A stretch of 63,999 nt of DNA, counting the filler, from Asterionella formosa (lineage: Eukaryota): NCBI GenBank assembly GCA_002256025.1. It is 10 parts of 10 records of this genome, joined end to end, with 100 filler letters (N's around TTAATTAATTAA, not from the genome) between each part and the next. Parts side by side here need not be neighbours in the genome. Positions count along the whole stretch, not along the records: positions 58,118 to 63,999 come from NKIB01012897.1; 9 more parts are not named here. One strand, 5' to 3'. Position numbers and translations under genes: made by a program. Positions 61,399-63,999 of this stretch are shown here, in pieces (within the stretch, counting starts at the first letter, position 1; each line of letters opens with the position of its first letter). The notes under the pieces are model-generated. The model saw only the letters and a list, made by a program, of their open reading frames with translations. It had not been told where the DNA came from and made no database searches.

Positions 61399-62960
61399 TT
61401 TTGAACCCCTATAGCTCGAGGTAGGGTTAAAAAACAATTGAGTCAGACTAATCAAACATGTATTTTTCACATTTAAATCAAACATGTATTTTTCACATAT
61501 AAATCAAATATGTATAACGCTCCACAGAGCTTTCACCAAGAGACACCCTTTCCATATGCTTGAGTTTGCGGCGGCCCCGCAGTTACAAATTACGAGGTCC
61601 GTTTTTTCCCAAAATAATTTTTATGATGTACCTTAATTTATTCACATGATAAGTTTAAGGTTGCGGCTCCCGCTTAACCCTAGTTTGGAGAAAAAATCGC
61701 TAGGGTTGTAAAAACGGCATGGAACAGAGAGTTTCCTACTATGAATTCCCATGATTCGACTCTATCACTTCTCAGGTTTTACATCCCGGCAGTTTCATGA
61801 GTGGAATCCAAGGCCAACAGCTGATCAACTAATGGAAATCAATAAAAGTAGAAGAGGTGAAAGCTATGTTTCTGTTGATGCTGCCAACAAGGTGTATGGA
61901 ATGGCCACTAAAGATGAGCTTAGAATGGGGGACCATGGATTTATCAGGTATGTTCTGACATTGGCTTTGCCTCACCTAAAACTACTCTATGAATATTATC
62001 ACTGCTTTAAAACAACAGGACTTTAAAGCCAGGGGTCAATCATGAAGGCTATTGGACAGGGAATCATGTGTTGATCAAGACTGAAGACATGATGGATTGC
62101 ATAAGAGTTCTGTTCCCACAATTTGAAAAACTTTGCTTGTTTGATCACAGCTCAGGACATTGTCACAAGAGAGTTGATGGTTTGGATGAAAGTGTCTTGA
62201 ACAAGGGATTTGGGGGCACTCAACCTATCATGCATTGCTCAATTTTGTTTGCATGAGATATTGGAGAATTCGATAATGGGACTCAGACTTTAAAACCAGG
62301 GGATACACAGCGATTTCAATTCCCAGATACCCCAGATTCAGCAAGCATAGGGCCATGGTGATATGGAACTGATGAAGAAAAGTTAAGGCATAATATGATA
62401 TTGAACTTGATGAATGGAAGACACAGCATCTCAACAAAAATGAGCTGGTGGAAGCACTCCGTGAGAAAGTTTGTTCCGAATTACTACCTTCTCGATTCAA
62501 TGATAGGAATCCAACATTCTTGATGGTGCTCTGCAGGTTGCATAGAATTGAAACAACATGCCAATTCAAACAAGTGAGTCCTGGATGGGCAGGCAAGGCA
62601 AAGGGAATAGCTCAGATTTTATGGGAGAGAGGAAACTTCAACGAAAACAACTGGTAGTACTAAGAGTGCAAAGATTGTGAACGTGATTATTCACTTCCCC
62701 CTGACCAAGTTAAGGGTGCCACTGATTGGTACTTCCAAGAGATGAAGAAAAAGATGTATGTGGAGCTTCGGAAAAAGAAAAAAAGTGAAATCTATAAGGC
62801 TTGTATTGATCAGAACCTTGCACCCCCAGAACGTTTTGGAGATGAAATTAAAGAAAAGATGATGAATGATGATTTCAAGGAGATTGCAGCAAAGAGCTAG
62901 AAGAAATACAAAGTGGCAAAGAAGAATATTTACGCAAAGTTGCACAGGGACTTTTACAGG
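61399..62960 (+). mobile_element. Decayed IS630/Tc1-related DNA transposon with its left terminal region
   Basis: GVNHEGYWTGNH..EDMMDC..FPQF..LFDHSSGH..DGL..NKGFGGTQP.MH and GWAGKAKGIAQILWERG; possible intron 61948-62017; terminal segment shared with 15672-15734. Confidence 0.7.
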
Positions 62961-62964
62961 TTCC

Positions 62965-63872
62965 TAATCGATTTTACGAATTCAATTGTTGAAAGTTACT
63001 CATCCTTTGCTTCTTTTTCTATATAGTACTTGCTAGAGTTATTGCTGTAGACTATTTGTAGCTGCTCCGAAAAGAAGAAGGCCATTGCGGCACATCTCAA
63101 TTTTGATTCACTACGGCGACATGCATTGAAGGTTAAAATATGCAACAGCTGTTTCTAAACGAATTTTACGAATGCAATCGTTGACAGCTACTCATCCTTT
63201 GCTTCTGTTTGTACATTTTACTTGTTAGAGTTATTGCTGTAGACTATTTGTAGCTGCTCCGAAAAGGAGAAGGCCATTGCAGAACATCTCAATTTTGACT
63301 CACTACTAGCATGGCGACAGGCATTGAATGTTAAAATATGCAACAGCTGTTTCTAAACATATTTACAAATTCAATCGTTGACAGCCACTCATCCTTTGCT
63401 TCTTTTTGTACATTGTACCTCCTAGAGTTATTGCTGTAACCTTTTTGTAGCTGCTCCAAAACAGAGAAGGCCATTGCGGCACATCTCAATTTTGACTCAC
63501 TACTTGTTTGGCGACATGCATTGAATGTTAAAATATGCAACAGCTGTTTCTAAACATATATACGAAATAAATCGATGACAGCTGCTCCTCTTTTGCTTCT
63601 TTTTTCAATATTGTACTTGTTAGAGTTATCGCTGTAGACTATTTGTAGCTGCTCCAAAATGGAGTAGGCCATTGCGGCACATCTCAAGTTCGACTCCCTA
63701 TGGCGACATGCATTGAATGTTAAAATATGCAACATCTGTTTATAAACATATTTACGAATTAAATCGTTGACAGCTGCTCCTCCTCTGCTTCTTTTTTTAA
63801 TATTGTACTTGTTAGAATTATCGCTGTAGACTAGTTGTACATCTCAATTTCGACTCACTACGGCGACATGCA
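62965..63872 (+). repeat. ~192-198-bp tandem repeat, about 4.5 units
   Basis: Recurrent AGAGTTATTGCTGTAGACTATTTGTAGCTGCTCC..AGGCCATTGCGGCACATCTCAATTTTGA..GCATTGAATGTTAAAATATGCAACAGCTGTTTCTAAAC; units start near 62971, 63163, 63360, 63558 and 63749. Confidence 0.95.
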
Positions 63873-63999
63873 ATCATGCTCAACGATGCACAACGAGGAC
63901 CAACAGTTTTTTATTTCTATTCTGGCAGGCTATTGTAAACTGTACAATCAACAATGACTAAACAATGTGCCCACAACAGCAATTACTACTAGGTGTGCT

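Overview
Eukaryotic, most likely diatom, nuclear DNA. Evidence: short GT-AG introns, a bipartite plastid-targeting-like N-terminus on GrpE, diatom-type SET-domain and Copia families. The window is not one locus: it is ten unrelated ~6.35-kb contigs joined by nine artificial 100-nt linkers (N44-TTAATTAATTAA-N44), so adjacency across linkers means nothing. Host genes: VAMP7, a tandem-domain dCMP deaminase, an atypical kinase, a secreted multi-SET-domain protein with a 10-nt microexon, CANT1-type apyrase, a small secreted Cys/His protein, plastid GrpE, PinX1-like G-patch protein, PRP38, a secreted ankyrin protein, PEX3, a DDHD phospholipase, a TMEM184-like protein and a WW-domain protein. The rest is decayed mobile DNA (three Copia pieces, two Gypsy pieces, a Plavaka-type, a pogo-type DD37D and another IS630/Tc1-like transposase, a probable LINE remnant) plus tandem repeats. 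The most striking unexplained signal is a pervasive intergenic family of short TA-CC(W)GG-TA motifs, often chained. Comparing two copies of a dispersed repeat shows one such motif as a 6-nt insertion at a TA, which fits transposon excision footprints. All family calls come from motif recognition by eye; no database search was run.
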